Shown piece by piece: positions 11,222-23,169 of a DNA stretch of 64,000 nucleotides; within the stretch, counting starts at the first letter, position 1, and each line of letters starts with the position of its first letter. The notes under the pieces are model-generated. The model did no database searches. It had not been told where the DNA came from and saw only the letters and a list, made by a program, of their open reading frames with translations. The stretch covers positions 1,178,001 through 1,242,000 of the forward strand of contig OZ237744.1 in the NCBI GenBank assembly GCA_965178125.1. Reading direction: 5' to 3'. Source of the stretch: Bilabrum cf. latius. Its lineage: Eukaryota. The translations under genes were made by a program, and so were the position numbers.

Positions 11222-12548
11222 CGGCTGCATCGCAAGGCTATCCAGCCGAGACACCGCGAGGCCAGTCTGTGGCCGAGCCTCAATCATTCTAGCAGCCATC
11301 GGCTGCAGCACGAGGCTATCCAGCCGAGACACCGCGAGGCCAGTCCGTGGCCGAGCCTCAAGCATTCTAGCAGCCATCGGCTGCATCGCAAGGCTATCCA
11401 GCCGAGACCCCGCGAGGCCAGTCTGTGGCCGAGCCTCAATCAATCTAGCAGCCATCGGCTGCATCGCGAGGCTATCCAGCCGAGACGCCGCGAGGCCAGT
11501 CTGTGGCCGAGCCTCAAGCATTCTAGCAGCCATCGGCTGCAGCACGAGGCTATCCAGCCGAGACCGCACGAGGCCAGTCTGTGGCCGAGCCTCAATCAAT
11601 CTAGCAGCCATCGGCTGCATCGCAAGGCTATCCAGCCGCGACGCCGCGAGGCCAGTCTGTGGCCGAGCCTCAATCAATCTAGCAGCCATCGGCTGCATCG
11701 CAAGGCTATCCAGCCGAGACACCGCGAGGCCAGTCTGTGGCCGAGCCTCAATCATTCTAGCAGCCATCGGCTGCATCGCAAGGCTATCCAGCCGAGACCG
11801 CACGAGGCCAGTCTGGGGACGAGCCTCAATCATTCTAGCAGCCATCGGCTGCATCGCAAGGCTATCCAGCCGAGACGCCGCGAGGCCAGTCTGTGGCCGA
11901 GCCTCAATCAATCTAGCAGCCATCGGCTGCATCGCAAGGCTATCCAGCCGAGACACCGCGAGGCCAGTCTGTGGCCGAGCCTCAATCATTCTAGCAGCCA
12001 TCGGCTGCATCGCAAGGCTATCCAGCCGAGACCGCACGAGGCCAGTCTGTGGCCGAGTCTCAATCAATCTAGCAGCCATCGGCTGCATCGCAAGGCTATC
12101 CAGCCGCGACGCCGCGAGGCCAGTCTGTGGCCGAGCCTAAATCAATCTAGCAGCCATCGGCTGCATCGCAAGGCTATCCAGCCGAGACACCGCGAGGCCA
12201 GTCTGTGGCCGAGCCTCAATCAATCTAGCAGCCATCGCAAGGCTATCCAGCCGAGGCCGCACGAGGCCAGTCTGTGGCCGAGCCTCAATCATTCTAGCAG
12301 CTATCGGCTGCAGCACAAGGCTATCCAGCCAAGACCGCACGAGGCCAGTCTGTGGCCGAGCCTCAATCATTCTAGCAGCTATCGGCTGCAGCACGAGGCT
12401 ATCCAGCCGAGACGCCGCGAGGCCAGTCCGTGGCCGAGCCTAGATCAATCGAGCAGCCATCGGCTGCATGACAAGGCCATCCAGCCGAGACCGCACGAGG
12501 CCAGTCTGGGGACGAGTCACAATCATGCTAGCAGCCATCGGCTGCATC
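11222..12548. repeat. 78-bp tandem satellite, about 17 copies
   Basis: Unit ggctgcatcgcaaggctatccagccgagacaccgcgaggccagtctgtggccgagcctcaatcattctagcagccatc with recurrent variants. One copy near 12230 has a 9-bp deletion. Confidence 0.97.
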
Positions 12549-12580
12549 CCGAGGCCCCCGTGATCTGATCACAAACATGA

Positions 12581-13296
12581 GCGGGGCAGCGCTCTGCTGG
12601 TTGTGGCCGCCCACGGCAGGCCACTCCCACATGGGAGTCCGAAGACTACCAAGGGGCTTCAATGCCATCGGCACCGGAAAACATTTGTCGCAAACGACAT
12701 TGTCTGCGTTATCCTAACACAGACAGCAGCGGGACAGCGCCCTGCTGGTTGTGGCCGCCCACGGCAGGCCACTCCCACATGGGAGTCCGAAGACTACCAA
12801 GGGGCTTCAATGCCATCGGCACCGGAAAACATTTGTCGCAAACGACATTGTCTGCGTTATCCTAACACAGACAGCAGCGGGGCAGCGCCCTGCTGGTTGT
12901 GGCCGCCCACGGCAGGCCACTCCCACATGGGAGTCCGAAGACTACCAAGGGGCTTCAATGCCATCGGCACCGGAAAACATTTGTCGCAAACGACATTGTC
13001 TGCGTTATCCTAACACAGACAGCAGCGGGACAGCGCCCTGCTGGTTGTGGCCGCCCACGGCAGGCCACTCCCACATGGGAGTCCGAAGACTACCAAGGGG
13101 CTTCAATGCCATCGGCACCGGAAAACATTTGTCGCAAACGACATTGTCTGCGTTATCCTAACACAGACAGCAGCGGGGCAGCGCCCTGCTGGTTGTGGCC
13201 GCCCACGGCAGGCCACTCCCACATGGGAGTCCGAAGACTACCAAGGGGCTTCAATGCCATCGGCACCGGAAAATATTTGTCGCAAACGACATTGTC
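12581..13296. repeat. 148-bp tandem satellite, about 4.8 copies
   Basis: Period 148 (ORF starts at 12603, 12751, 12899, 13047). Internal hairpins actccca-ca-tgggagt and tgtcg-caaa-cgaca. Confidence 0.97.
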
Positions 13297-13670
13297 GAAG
13301 TTATACTGAGACAGAGCTACGCGGGCCGCAGGCCCTGGCAGCGGTCAGACTGCCTACATTAAGAAACTGGCTGAACGGACAAGCCGCTAGCAGCCCACAG
13401 CACACATCCGTCCCAGAGGGAACCAGAATAAAACATAGAAAAGAGGATTTGATTGTTCAAAATCTAGTCCGAAGTACCGTAGTTCCAGTTTTAACTAGGT
13501 ACTACAGGTGTCTTCTTTGTTATTTCGAGTGACTGCCGGTGAGCGCTCTGCCCAGCCGGTTAGTAACGTGCACTTTCATGTGCTAGAATGAGATATAACT
13601 AGAAGTGATCGCAGGCCAAATTTCTCGCCAGTGCCCACTTTTTGTCGAACGCGCGGAGCAGAAAGTTACT

Positions 13671-15214
13671 ATGCGTCTCGTTGCTGGCCTGACTAAATGT
13701 GGATAGTCACTGAGCTTCCTAGGACGTCTATTTCTAGGAGCAAGGCTGGAAGTTTCATCGGGATATCCTGACGTGAGTGGTGGCGGCCAACACACCGAGA
13801 ACCGCTTCGGTCTGCGATACTTCGTAGAATCAATGTGACAGTTGCGTTCCTTCTCTCAAGATCGCAGAGTATCTCACTCACTACTCGCGATGGCTTGGTC
13901 CTGTCTGGGCCCGGAACGATCGCGCAGGCCATGGTGGCAGCATCCGAGATCCCCCAGGCCGCGCAAATGCTCGGCGACGGACCGGCCGAGCAGGCCCGCG
14001 TCGCCAGCTGGCTAGCAGCTAGCGCTAAGGCTAGCGACGATGGTTCCGACTTGGATAGCCTGGACCGCGCCCTCAAGGCCTCTTCCTATGTGTCGGGCGG
14101 GCGCCTGACAGCCGCGGACATTCTGACGCTGCACGCCGCGCACTCAAAGATCGCCGCGGAGGCTCCCGAATCGCTGCAGAAGCTCCCCTCTCTGCTACGA
14201 TGGGTGGACCAGCTGCAGCACGAGCTGCCCGCAGTGTTCGCCGGCGTGCCCGGGGCCGCGGGGGTGCTCGCTCTCCATTGCCCCCCCCTGCCCGTCCCCC
14301 AGGTGGGGGGCGCAAAGGAGGCAGCCGAACTGGTCGCAGCTGCGATTGCAGCCCCAAGGGCAGCCGCAGGTGCCGGTGCTGCGGATGCTCCAGTAGCTGC
14401 TGCAGCTGCTGCCGGTGGTGCCGGTGGTGCCGGTGGTGCGGGTGCGTCCTCCGGGGCAGGAGCAGATGGAAGCGCGGCTGCCGCAGCCGCGGGAGGTGCG
14501 GGTGCCGCTGCCGGTGCAGACGACGTGGCAGCCGCTCGCGCCGCCAAGAAGGCGGAGAAGGAGGCGAAGAAGAAGGCCCGGGCTGCATAGAAGGCCGCTA
14601 ACGAGGCAAAGCTGGGCAAGGGCGGGAAGGGTGGGAATGGTAAGGGCAAGGGTGGTGGCGGGGGCGGAGGCGGTGCTGCCGCGGGGGGCGCTGCGGACGG
14701 CGCCCCGATCACCCGTGCGGACATCCGCGTGGGTCTCGTCGTGAAGGCGTACCCGCACCCGGAGCGTGAGAAGCTCGTGTGCGAGGAGATCGACGTGGGG
14801 GAGACCGAGCCCCGGACCATCGCCTCGGGTGTGAGCGCCTTCTACAAGCCGGAGGAGGTACAGGGGCGCAAGGTGGTGGTGCTGTGCAACCTGCCTCCCC
14901 GCAAGATGGGCGACGAGTTCGCCTTCAAGTCCAACGGGATGGTGCTCTGCGCCTCGGACCCCGAGCACAAGAACGTCAAGTTCGTGGAGGTGCCGGAGGG
15001 CGCCAAGCCGGGCGAGAGGGTCTCTTTCCCGGGCCACGAGGGGGAGCCCCTCGCGCCCAAGCCCTTCGCCAAGAAGAAGTGGCTCGAGAAGATCCTGCCC
15101 GGGTTCAAGGTGGACGGCTCCCTGCAGGCCACCTGGGACGGCGTGCCCTTCACCACCAGCGCGGGGCCATGCTTCATCAAGGACGAGTCCCTCAAGGGAG
15201 GCGTCATCGGGTGA
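13671..15214 (+). CDS. Arc1p/AIMP1-like aminoacyl-tRNA synthetase cofactor (GST-like domain plus EMAPII-type tRNA-binding OB fold), about 482 aa
   Basis: Exons 13671-13772 and 13868-15214, intron GTGAGT..CGCAG. GST-C-like SYVSGGRLTAAD..LLRWVDQLQ, then DIRVG..HPEREKL..EIDVGE..RTIASG..VLCNL..SNGMVLCAS. TAG at 13704 and 14588. Confidence 0.88.
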
Positions 15215-15333
15215 ACGATCAGCGCGCGAACTCGTCCTTCCTGCCAGGTTTTTTGGTTGATAATGTGCACTGCCAGTGACAACTCGGAGCGCATCGATGC
15301 CCATGTTGCGGCGCTGCATTCGTCCACGAGAGC

Positions 15334-17142
15334 ATGACAAAGCTCGCTGTCGTTATTGTTGCGGCATTCCTCATAACAATAGTTCGCAATGCACCTCTGC
15401 AGCCCTGCCCCTCAGCGCGTGTTGGCTTCATTGCTCAGCACGCCGCGGTGGAAGTTGGCTAGCTACCTTTGCCGATCTGGATCTCGTTCCAGGAGTGGCC
15501 AGGGAAGGAGTCATGCCCATGCTTGCTAGGAATTGAAGTATCCAATCATTTTACGAAGCAGCGCATGTACACGAGCACCGTTACTGCGGACCCGTGCCGA
15601 TCTAGACGACGGCAGTCGCAGCTGTCAATGAATCACTCTGCCCTACTGGATTCAATGTAGGGGGCACTACAGAAGCCAGGCATGGGCGTTGTAGATATTC
15701 GGATTCAGTCAGTCTCACGACGGCCGAATCAACCTGACCGGCTCATCTGGCACACGGACATTGCGAGCGAAGGAGAGGCCGACAAGTACACTACGAGGCT
15801 GGTTCTCTCCAGAAAGCCTGCATCCAGTGATGAGCAAGTTCCGGGGGACAGCATTGCTTCAACGCTAGTGCGGTACGCCGATGCATATTCCGATAGCCCC
15901 CGCTTCGCCGAGCAGGCGCGGCGCATGCAGTCGCCGTACGCCTCGGTCCGTGCCGAGTGGTCCGCCTGGCAGTATCGGCGGTACACCGACACTGTCGCGA
16001 GGCGCGTCACCGGCTACGCTTCTCGCCACCCAGCCCTGGCACAGCGCCCGGGCCCGACGGACCAGTTGCCTCTGCTCCCGTTCTCGCAGCTCCGCCGCGC
16101 CACCGGCACGGACTGGCCGGCGGCGGGCTCCCCACTCCGCTCCCCCTGGCGCCCCCTCCCAGGCCGAGGAACAAGGAGAGCGAGCCTCACTAATAACGCA
16201 TCGTCTGACCATGTTGCAGGCCCACCGGTGACGCCGCGGCGGCCTCACCCCTCGGGCCCTTCCACGATGATAGGCATGGTGAGGTGCAGGAACCTGATGG
16301 ACTCCATCTGGCACGTGCACCGGGGCTCGATCCCGGGAGATATCCTGGAGGCGGGGGTCTGGCGAGGGGGCGCCGGGGCGCTTGCCGTGGCCAGTCTCCA
16401 GTGGCTGTGGGAGCATGAGTGCTGGGGCGAGCAGGCGCAGCCGAGCAGGTGCTCGGTGCTCGCCTCCCGCGCCGTGTGGCTCGCGGACTCGTTCGATGGC
16501 CTGCCGCCGCCCCAGGGGCCCGAGGATGCGGTTGCAACCGCCCAGTGGGACAAGCTGGACTACGTGAGGGCGAGCATGGAGCAGGTGCGCGAGGCGGTTC
16601 GAAGCACGCTCGAGTGGGCGAGGATCGGATCAAGATCGAGAGCTAGGACAAGGCAATTGCAGGCCGCCAGTGGTGGCGGTGCCGACGCCGATGGTAGAGG
16701 AAAGGCAAGCGGGGCCCACACGGTGCCTGCACGCGCTATCACCGGGTTATTTCGGGATTCGCTTGCGCCCTGGCTTCAGGGCGAGCAGGGGGAGGTGCTG
16801 TGGCCCGCCGGCTCGGGCTCGAGCACTTGCTCGGGGCGGACGAGCACGCTTGGTGGAAGCGGGGTCGGGTGCCAGCTGGCCTTGCAGGGGGCCACCAATC
16901 GCACGATTGCGGTGCTTCGGGTAGATGCGGACATGTACTCCGGTACAATGGACGTGCTATCTCTTCTGTACGATCGTGTGAGCCCGGGAGGCATCGTGAT
17001 CGTGGACGACTGGGCAGTCTGGGAGGCACAGCGCGCCACCCTTGACTTCAGGGAGAGAATCGGGCTCGGCGGGGAAAATGGAGTACAAGCGCCGCTCATT
17101 ATTCTCGAGGATATGCAAGGTGCGTGGTGGCGCAAGCCATAA
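15334..17142 (+). CDS. TylF/MycF (macrocin O-methyltransferase) family protein with an N-terminal signal or anchor (602 aa with TAG=Gln)
   Basis: Motifs TMIG..R, PGDILEAGVWRGG, VWLADSFDGLP, GLFRDSL, IAVLRVDADMY, SPGGIVIVDD and C-terminal WWRKP followed by TAA. The frame extends upstream through TAG 15658 and 15460 to ATG 15334 (MTKLAVVIVAAFLITIV). Confidence 0.85.
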
Positions 17143-17279
17143 TCGTTGCACTAGCGGTGGCCAGTCGTTGCTCTGCCTCTGGCCGATAGATTTGCAAGGA
17201 TTCATAATAGCGAACACTTGATCTCTGATCGACTGGAACAATCAAATAAACATGAAATCAGTAAGGGCAATTGCCTGCA

Positions 17280-17627
17280 TCACGAAGCTTGCTCTTTGCC
17301 CTCTGCGGCGGTCCCGTCCTCTTTCTTCTGGTCCATGCCCAGCATCTCCTTGATCCCATCGCCCACCTGTTGCAGCCCTGTCCTCTCCTCGCGGACCTCG
17401 TGGCCTTCGGGCGCGATGGTCTCTGCTGCAGATTTACGCGCTTCTTCTGCTTGCTCCTTGGTATATTCGTGGGCGTCCTCGGCCTGCTTGTTCGCGGCTT
17501 CGTACGCATCGGATGCGGCCTGCGTGACCGCACTACCTGCCTCTCCTGCGGCGCCGGATGCCTTGTCCATGGCGCCTTCTGCATGCTGCATAGCTTTGGT
17601 ACTATCTTTTCCTTCTTTTGATGCCAT
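17280..17627 (-). CDS. Small hydrophilic LEA-like protein (115 aa)
   Basis: A/E/K/Q-rich with amphipathic repeats (ASDAYEAANKQAEDAHEYTKEQAEEAR). ATG 17627, TGA stop. Confidence 0.65.
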   Translation of the reverse strand: MASKEGKDSTKAMQHAEGAMDKASGAAGEAGSAVTQAASDAYEAANKQAEDAHEYTKEQAEEARKSAAETIAPEGHEVREERTGLQQVGDGIKEMLGMDQKKEDGTAAEGKEQAS

Positions 17628-18169
17628 CGTGCGTTGTTTTGTGTCTGCGATTCGAAATTGTGAGTGTTCCGGAATGACGTGTCGCAACAACTCGATAGCA
17701 TGCCCGCTGAGCAAATCATTGCAGCCACAAGTACTCCAATAACCAAGAATGTGTTAAAGAGAATACTGTCAGTGCCGATGGGGGCAGCACGCCCGCGCTC
17801 ACCTATTTTTGCACTTGTAATTGTGCGGTAGACGCCTTTCATCAGGGTAGATCTAGGTGACTCCGAGTGATCGGATCAGCACAATACAACTCCGAATCAC
17901 AGCACGGATCCAGGACACAGGCCTTGACTAGGAGGCAATGTACATCATCTCTTGGGCTTGATAGGGTGACCGAGTCCGAACTTGGGCTGGGCCTGGTGAT
18001 TCGAGATGCAATACTGCCAGCAGTGCTGAATGACCAGAAGTCACAACGCTTGTACAACAAACATCCCCAACTTGAAGCAGTCCTGGAGCCCCGCCCCTAC
18101 CCAGTAGAGTCTAGGTCCTTGGCGAACCCAATCCAACCCAATCCTGCTACGCGGTACGCCCATCGCTAT

Positions 18170-21100
18170 TCACTGCCCCCCTGTAGAGACCCTCTTAGCC
18201 AATAGATCCATGCAACCAGAAACGCTGCCGAGCGCCCCGGTTCTCTTTGCCTTCTTCCCCCCTCCCGCTTGCCCGGCTCCCTCGCCCCTGGTGCCACCAT
18301 TCCCGCTTCCTCCCGCTGGACCCTTCCCCCCCTCGCCATCCCCAACCCCTTCCTCTCCGTCCTGCCATCCTTGCCACTGGGATTCCACGATTGCCCGCTG
18401 TCTCGACTGGGAGGGTGGCACCGAGGAGGTCTGCGAGGCTGCTAGGCCGGCCGCAGCTGATGAGGACGAGGACGAGGACGAGGACGAGGAAGATGACGAT
18501 GAAGATGACGATGAGGCAGAGGCCTGCCTCGCCATGGCAGCGGCACGCTCCACGGCTGCACACGCACGATTCGCGCCATACTCGCCTGCACCTGCACCTG
18601 CACCTGCACCTGCACCTGCACCTGCACCTGCACCTGCACCTGCACCTGCACCTGCACCTGCACCTGCACCTGCACCTGCACCTGCACCTGCACCTGCACC
18701 TGCACCTGCACCTGCACCTGCTCCCGATCTGCCACTCCACTACTGTCGATTCCCGCCCACACCAGGCAACAGCCCCGCACCCTCCACTGGCAGCGACCCA
18801 GCCCCGCTCACGGACAAGGAGCTCAGCGCGCCGGAGCCAAGCCTGCTCGAGCTGCTGCCGGTACCAGCCGCGCGCCCATCCTCCAGAGTAGCACCGGCGC
18901 CTGCAGCCGCCGCCGCCAGGATCGCCACCCCGCTCGTCACTGCCTCTGGCCTGGGATGCAAACTCTGCCCTGAGTATTGCGGAGAAAGTTGCTGCCCGGA
19001 ATGTGGCTTCCTTGGCATACTGGCAATCTAGGCCGCTGCTGCAGCTGCGGCAGCCGCTGCGCTTGCCACCGAACTCGGACCACGCAGCAGCGCAGATTGG
19101 GGCGGAGGTATACCGCTCCCGCGGTGGCCTGGATGCCCAGCGCTTCCGTGCCCTGATGCACCTACTCCTGCCCACCCATGGGGTTGCATGTTCTGCCTGT
19201 AGACAGATGCGTCCTGATTCCAACCCGAAATATTCTCGGGAGGAACGAACTAAGATCCCACCGGGACAGGCTCCGTCAGTTCATACCGCGGAGAATCGTC
19301 CGCGCCGGGAAGAGAGTCGGGTGTGCCTCCTCGCCCGAGGCCGCTCCCGCCATGGCAGTACCCGTCTCCTCCCTAAGCGCTGGCCTCCTCGTCGCCGTCC
19401 TCGCCGTCATCATCTGACATGACCACCTGCCTTTTCCTTGCCTTCAAGAGGCGCTTGAGCTTGAGACCACCCTTTCCCATGCTTCTCTTGCGGTATGATG
19501 AGCCTCCGCCACGACGCCGCGGTCCTCCGCCCGGCACGAAAGACGACCGGCCGGTCGCGGTGAGCGTCCAGTCGGCCTACCCATCGACATCGACATCGCC
19601 CGCGTCCGCTTCCCCATTGGAGGACGCGCCCTCGCTTTCCCCATCTTCGTGGTACCGCTTGGCTTCCCTGGCAGTGAGGCCGGGGGCCAGGGCAGGTGCA
19701 GCTGGCAGGCGCACCTCCTGGTTATGAGGCAGGTCCACCCTCTCGTAGAACAGCTGTGGGAGCGGGAGGGGGGGAGGATAGAGAGGCCAGCGATTAGACA
19801 CAGGTGCAAGGCATTGGTGCGGTAACAACGTCAGGGTAGCACGGAATCGAGCGCGGGATGTCACGTTGCGGAGCAACTAGCATGGCAGAGCGAGCGAGCA
19901 GTACGGGCAGCGCAGCTAGATTCTCTCTTACCAGGTATGCCTGCTGCCGCTGCACCTCGTCCCAGTCGCAAGGGGTAACGTAGCTGTCGTTCATGCAATA
20001 CCACTGCTCTGCGGGCAAAGATTTGCAGTCCGTGTACCACCCGCGAGGCAAGCACTTAACGTACGCGAAGTAGTGCCCCGAGAAAGAGCTCTAGCCAGAG
20101 TGCACAACGACACCGCGCAGACGGTACGTGTGCCTCGCCCGGGCCTGCGGGCTACCGGCAGCTGCCTCGCTGGCTCCTTGCTTCCCCGCGGCAGCAGCTG
20201 CAGGCCCACTTGAGGCCGAGGAAGCCCCTCCGGTACCCTCCTGTTCCACGTCCCTGGGTGCCTCTGGCTCCACCAAGCCGTGCAGCTGCAGGACCTCGTC
20301 AAAGTCGAGGTGCGTCTGGATCTTGGACCCACCCCCAAGACTGAGACCGCTATTGTATCCACCATACCCTCCAAACCCACCATAGCTTCCGTACGATGAC
20401 GAAGTGCTGCTTCCGTTAGAAGGGTACCCACCTCCCATGCTTGCACCGTACCCACGGTAGCCGTTGTGGTTGCTACGGGGGTATGCCGAGCCGGGGCCGA
20501 ATGAATATGGGCCGCGGCCAGGGGGTTGACTGCGCCCTCCATGCGCCTTTGGATTGCCAGAATACCGCCCTGCCATCCCTTTCTTTCGGTAACCGCCGTA
20601 CAGGCCTCCTGCTCCGAACCGGAAACGCTTCAGATGGACGACAAGCATCTCGGGCATGGCATCCGGTAGCCGGAGCCCCTTCCGGGCTGGCTGGAGGCCC
20701 ATCTTCTTCTCCTTGCATTTCTCGCACTCGTACTTGTTGTCCCCATCCAGGATCTCGTCCGTGAAGAATGCCTCCAAGCAGTCTCCCACCGACCGAGCAC
20801 CCGCGGGGATCTCGAGGTTGAGGGCCTGGGAGTCGTCCTGCTTGCGGCTCACCGCCCCGCACGTGCTGCACTCCACCCGGTTGACCAGCCCAAAGTGCAT
20901 GACCTACGTCCATGGGAGCCCCGCCTTCCGGGCGTCCTCCTCACCCGTGTCGATGAGCTTGGCAAGGAACTCTTGCGCATCATGCTGCCGACCACGGGAG
21001 AGGCCACCGGATTGAAGCCGCGGCAGAGTTGCTTCTAGCTTGTGTGGCGACACTGATTTATCCATGCCACGGCCAGGAATACGATTTACAATCAACCGCC

Positions 21101-21847
21101 CAGCGTTAAAGGTTGTAAACATGATGGCTATCATGTCCATTTGCTGTCTCGTTGGGGGCTCCGGGACCTACTTGCCAGGCATGCACAGCAGCTTGCCGTC
21201 TTGCAGATCGGTAGGAGAGAGCCGTCCAGAGACGTTGAGAGCGAGCCGGCGAAAGAGGTGCCTGACGCAAAACCTTACGAACGGCTCGCAGTGCATCAGG
21301 CACTGCAACGTGCTATTCATGAAGCAAGTGTTCCCCAAGTTGTCCAGCCCCGCCCCAATGCCAGCCCTTCGCCTGCCAGAGGCGAAGTAAGCGTAATCGA
21401 GCCTGACTTTCATGGTGTCACCGTCTTCCGCCTTGTCCAGGATTGCCTATAGCATTGCGTCGGTTAGGCACTCGCACCAGCCCTCTCCGAGCGCCTTGTT
21501 CACGTCTTTCATCCCAGATGGATCCGACCCGAGGTGGTCGGCGGCCCCCTTCTTCTGTACCTCGGCTGCAGCTGAGCTGGGCGTTGGACTGGCAGGAACG
21601 CCGAGAGAAGAGGCAACCTTGGCAGCGGCAGGTACATTTGATTGGCGTGGACCGGTAGCAGCGCCCCCAGCGTACCCCGGGGGAGGCCGATGCGGACCAA
21701 AGGTAGGTGCCGGAGGTGCTTGTGCTTGTGAGCTGGCTGCCTCGCTGGCTGACGGTGCTGTCTTGTCGATGGCAGTGGCACCTTTCGTCCTCGCACCTGG
21801 GTCAGACCCCGCATTTCCCGCATCTACCGGGTCTACCACTGACTGCG

Positions 21848-21887
<40 letters not shown>

Positions 21888-23063
21888 GTTGATGGGGCTC
21901 TTGGATGGCTTGCAGACAGAAGAAGCAGATGTAGCCTATCGGGCTGCGGTGTCACCTCTTGGCGCAGGCTAGGCCTTGATTTGCGATTGAGAATTAGCCG
22001 AGCTGGACCCATGAGACCATGGGCGAGGCTTCAACGCGTCGAGCTGCTTCCACTGCTGGCCAGGCTTGAACTGCGCACCGGAGCTTGAGCTTGAGCCTCC
22101 TTCTCTTCCTCGGTCTGATCCCGAACTATGGACGCTCTTGCTGCTACTGGCAGGGCGCTTTGCGGCATGCTATGCGATTGGCGTTGACTTTGACGATGAT
22201 GCTGCCAGGGTTGCCTGGGCAGACGCCGGAGCGCCGCCACTGCTACTGCTGCTGCCATTTCCCCCCTTGCTCCTTGCGCCGCTGAAAGACATTTTGGCCG
22301 AGCCGCTCTGGTGCCCTGAATGCCCCGCGTGCTGCTGTTGGTACCTCTCGGGGGAGCTCATCCTCAGGACGTCGCTCACTCCCGGTGAGGAGCTCGCTGC
22401 CGCGGGGGAGCGGAGCAGGGCGCCGGATCCGCCGGTGGTGCTTTGTCCAGAAGCCGCCACTGCTGGCCCCAAGCCCCTGCGCGGCGACTTTACCTATCCG
22501 TTCCCGGGCGAGCTTCTCCTATAAGCGAGATTGCCTATGCTTGAGTGTCGGTGACGAGCCTTCGAGGAGCTGCCTGCAGTCCCGGCGCCTCCACGGTGGT
22601 GGGCCTGGGTCTTCTTGGCAGTCTGTGATGAAGATAACTGGCCTCCGAGACGGGCCGACGCAACAGGCCCCCCAGACCCGACACAAAACATAGCTGCCCC
22701 CCTTGGGACTTGTGGTAGACTAGACCTCTTGTTGCTTTGCATGCCAGCACGTATTTGCGACTCGGCTCGATACTACTTCCGCATTTTGACGAGCTACTTG
22801 TCTGCAGCGCGTTTGTGGTCTTGTTCTGGCAATTGAACGTCCATCTTGTGTTTTTTGGCATTCCGCGACCCTGCATCGTACGGCTGAGAACCTGCTGGCT
22901 CCGGCCTCTTGCGTTTCCGTCCAATCACCGGTGAGTGCGCATCGTAGTGGCGAGCGGCTGAATCGATTCCTTTCTGTAACTACGATGCTCTACCTGCAGC
23001 CCCGCTGGGCTTACTTCCAACCTATCTTGTACTGCCATCCACAGTGTCCTTGCAATTCATCAT
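18170..23063 (-). CDS. Ubiquitin carboxyl-terminal hydrolase (USP/peptidase C19, USP36/42-like), about 1571 aa
   Basis: Exons 23063-19932 and 19753-18170. The intron GTAAGA..CACAG joins AYL|LFYER. Cys box GLDNLGNTCFMNSTLQCL, QHDAQEFL, YECEKC, LVVHLKRF and His box VVHSG(Q)SSFSGHYFAYVK. About 17 in-frame TAGs. TGA stop. Confidence 0.88.
18585..18722. repeat. (CCTGCA)n microsatellite, about 22 copies, encoding (GA)n in the USP tail
   Basis: Perfect hexamer run. Confidence 0.95.
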
Positions 23064-23169
23064 AAAACGATCCACTCAAGTCGTCTTTGCCAGAGATACT
23101 CTCGCGAAAGTTTAGAAATACTTAATACAAGCAACTGACCAAGACGTTTCCGCGGATAACAGAAGGTGT

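Noticed and set aside
11138-12568. Long ORFs over the 78-bp array listed in the ORF track
   Set aside because: A stop-free 78-bp unit is open automatically, several frames are open at once, and there is no credible start context.
12599-12720. 5S rRNA or ribozyme identity for the 148-bp unit (it begins GGTTGTGGCC)
   Set aside because: No 5S internal boxes or terminal helix, and no hammerhead core (CUGANGA..GAAA) was recognised.
11222-13296. CRISPR array
   Set aside because: The units are contiguous with no unique spacers, the context is eukaryotic, and there are no cas genes.
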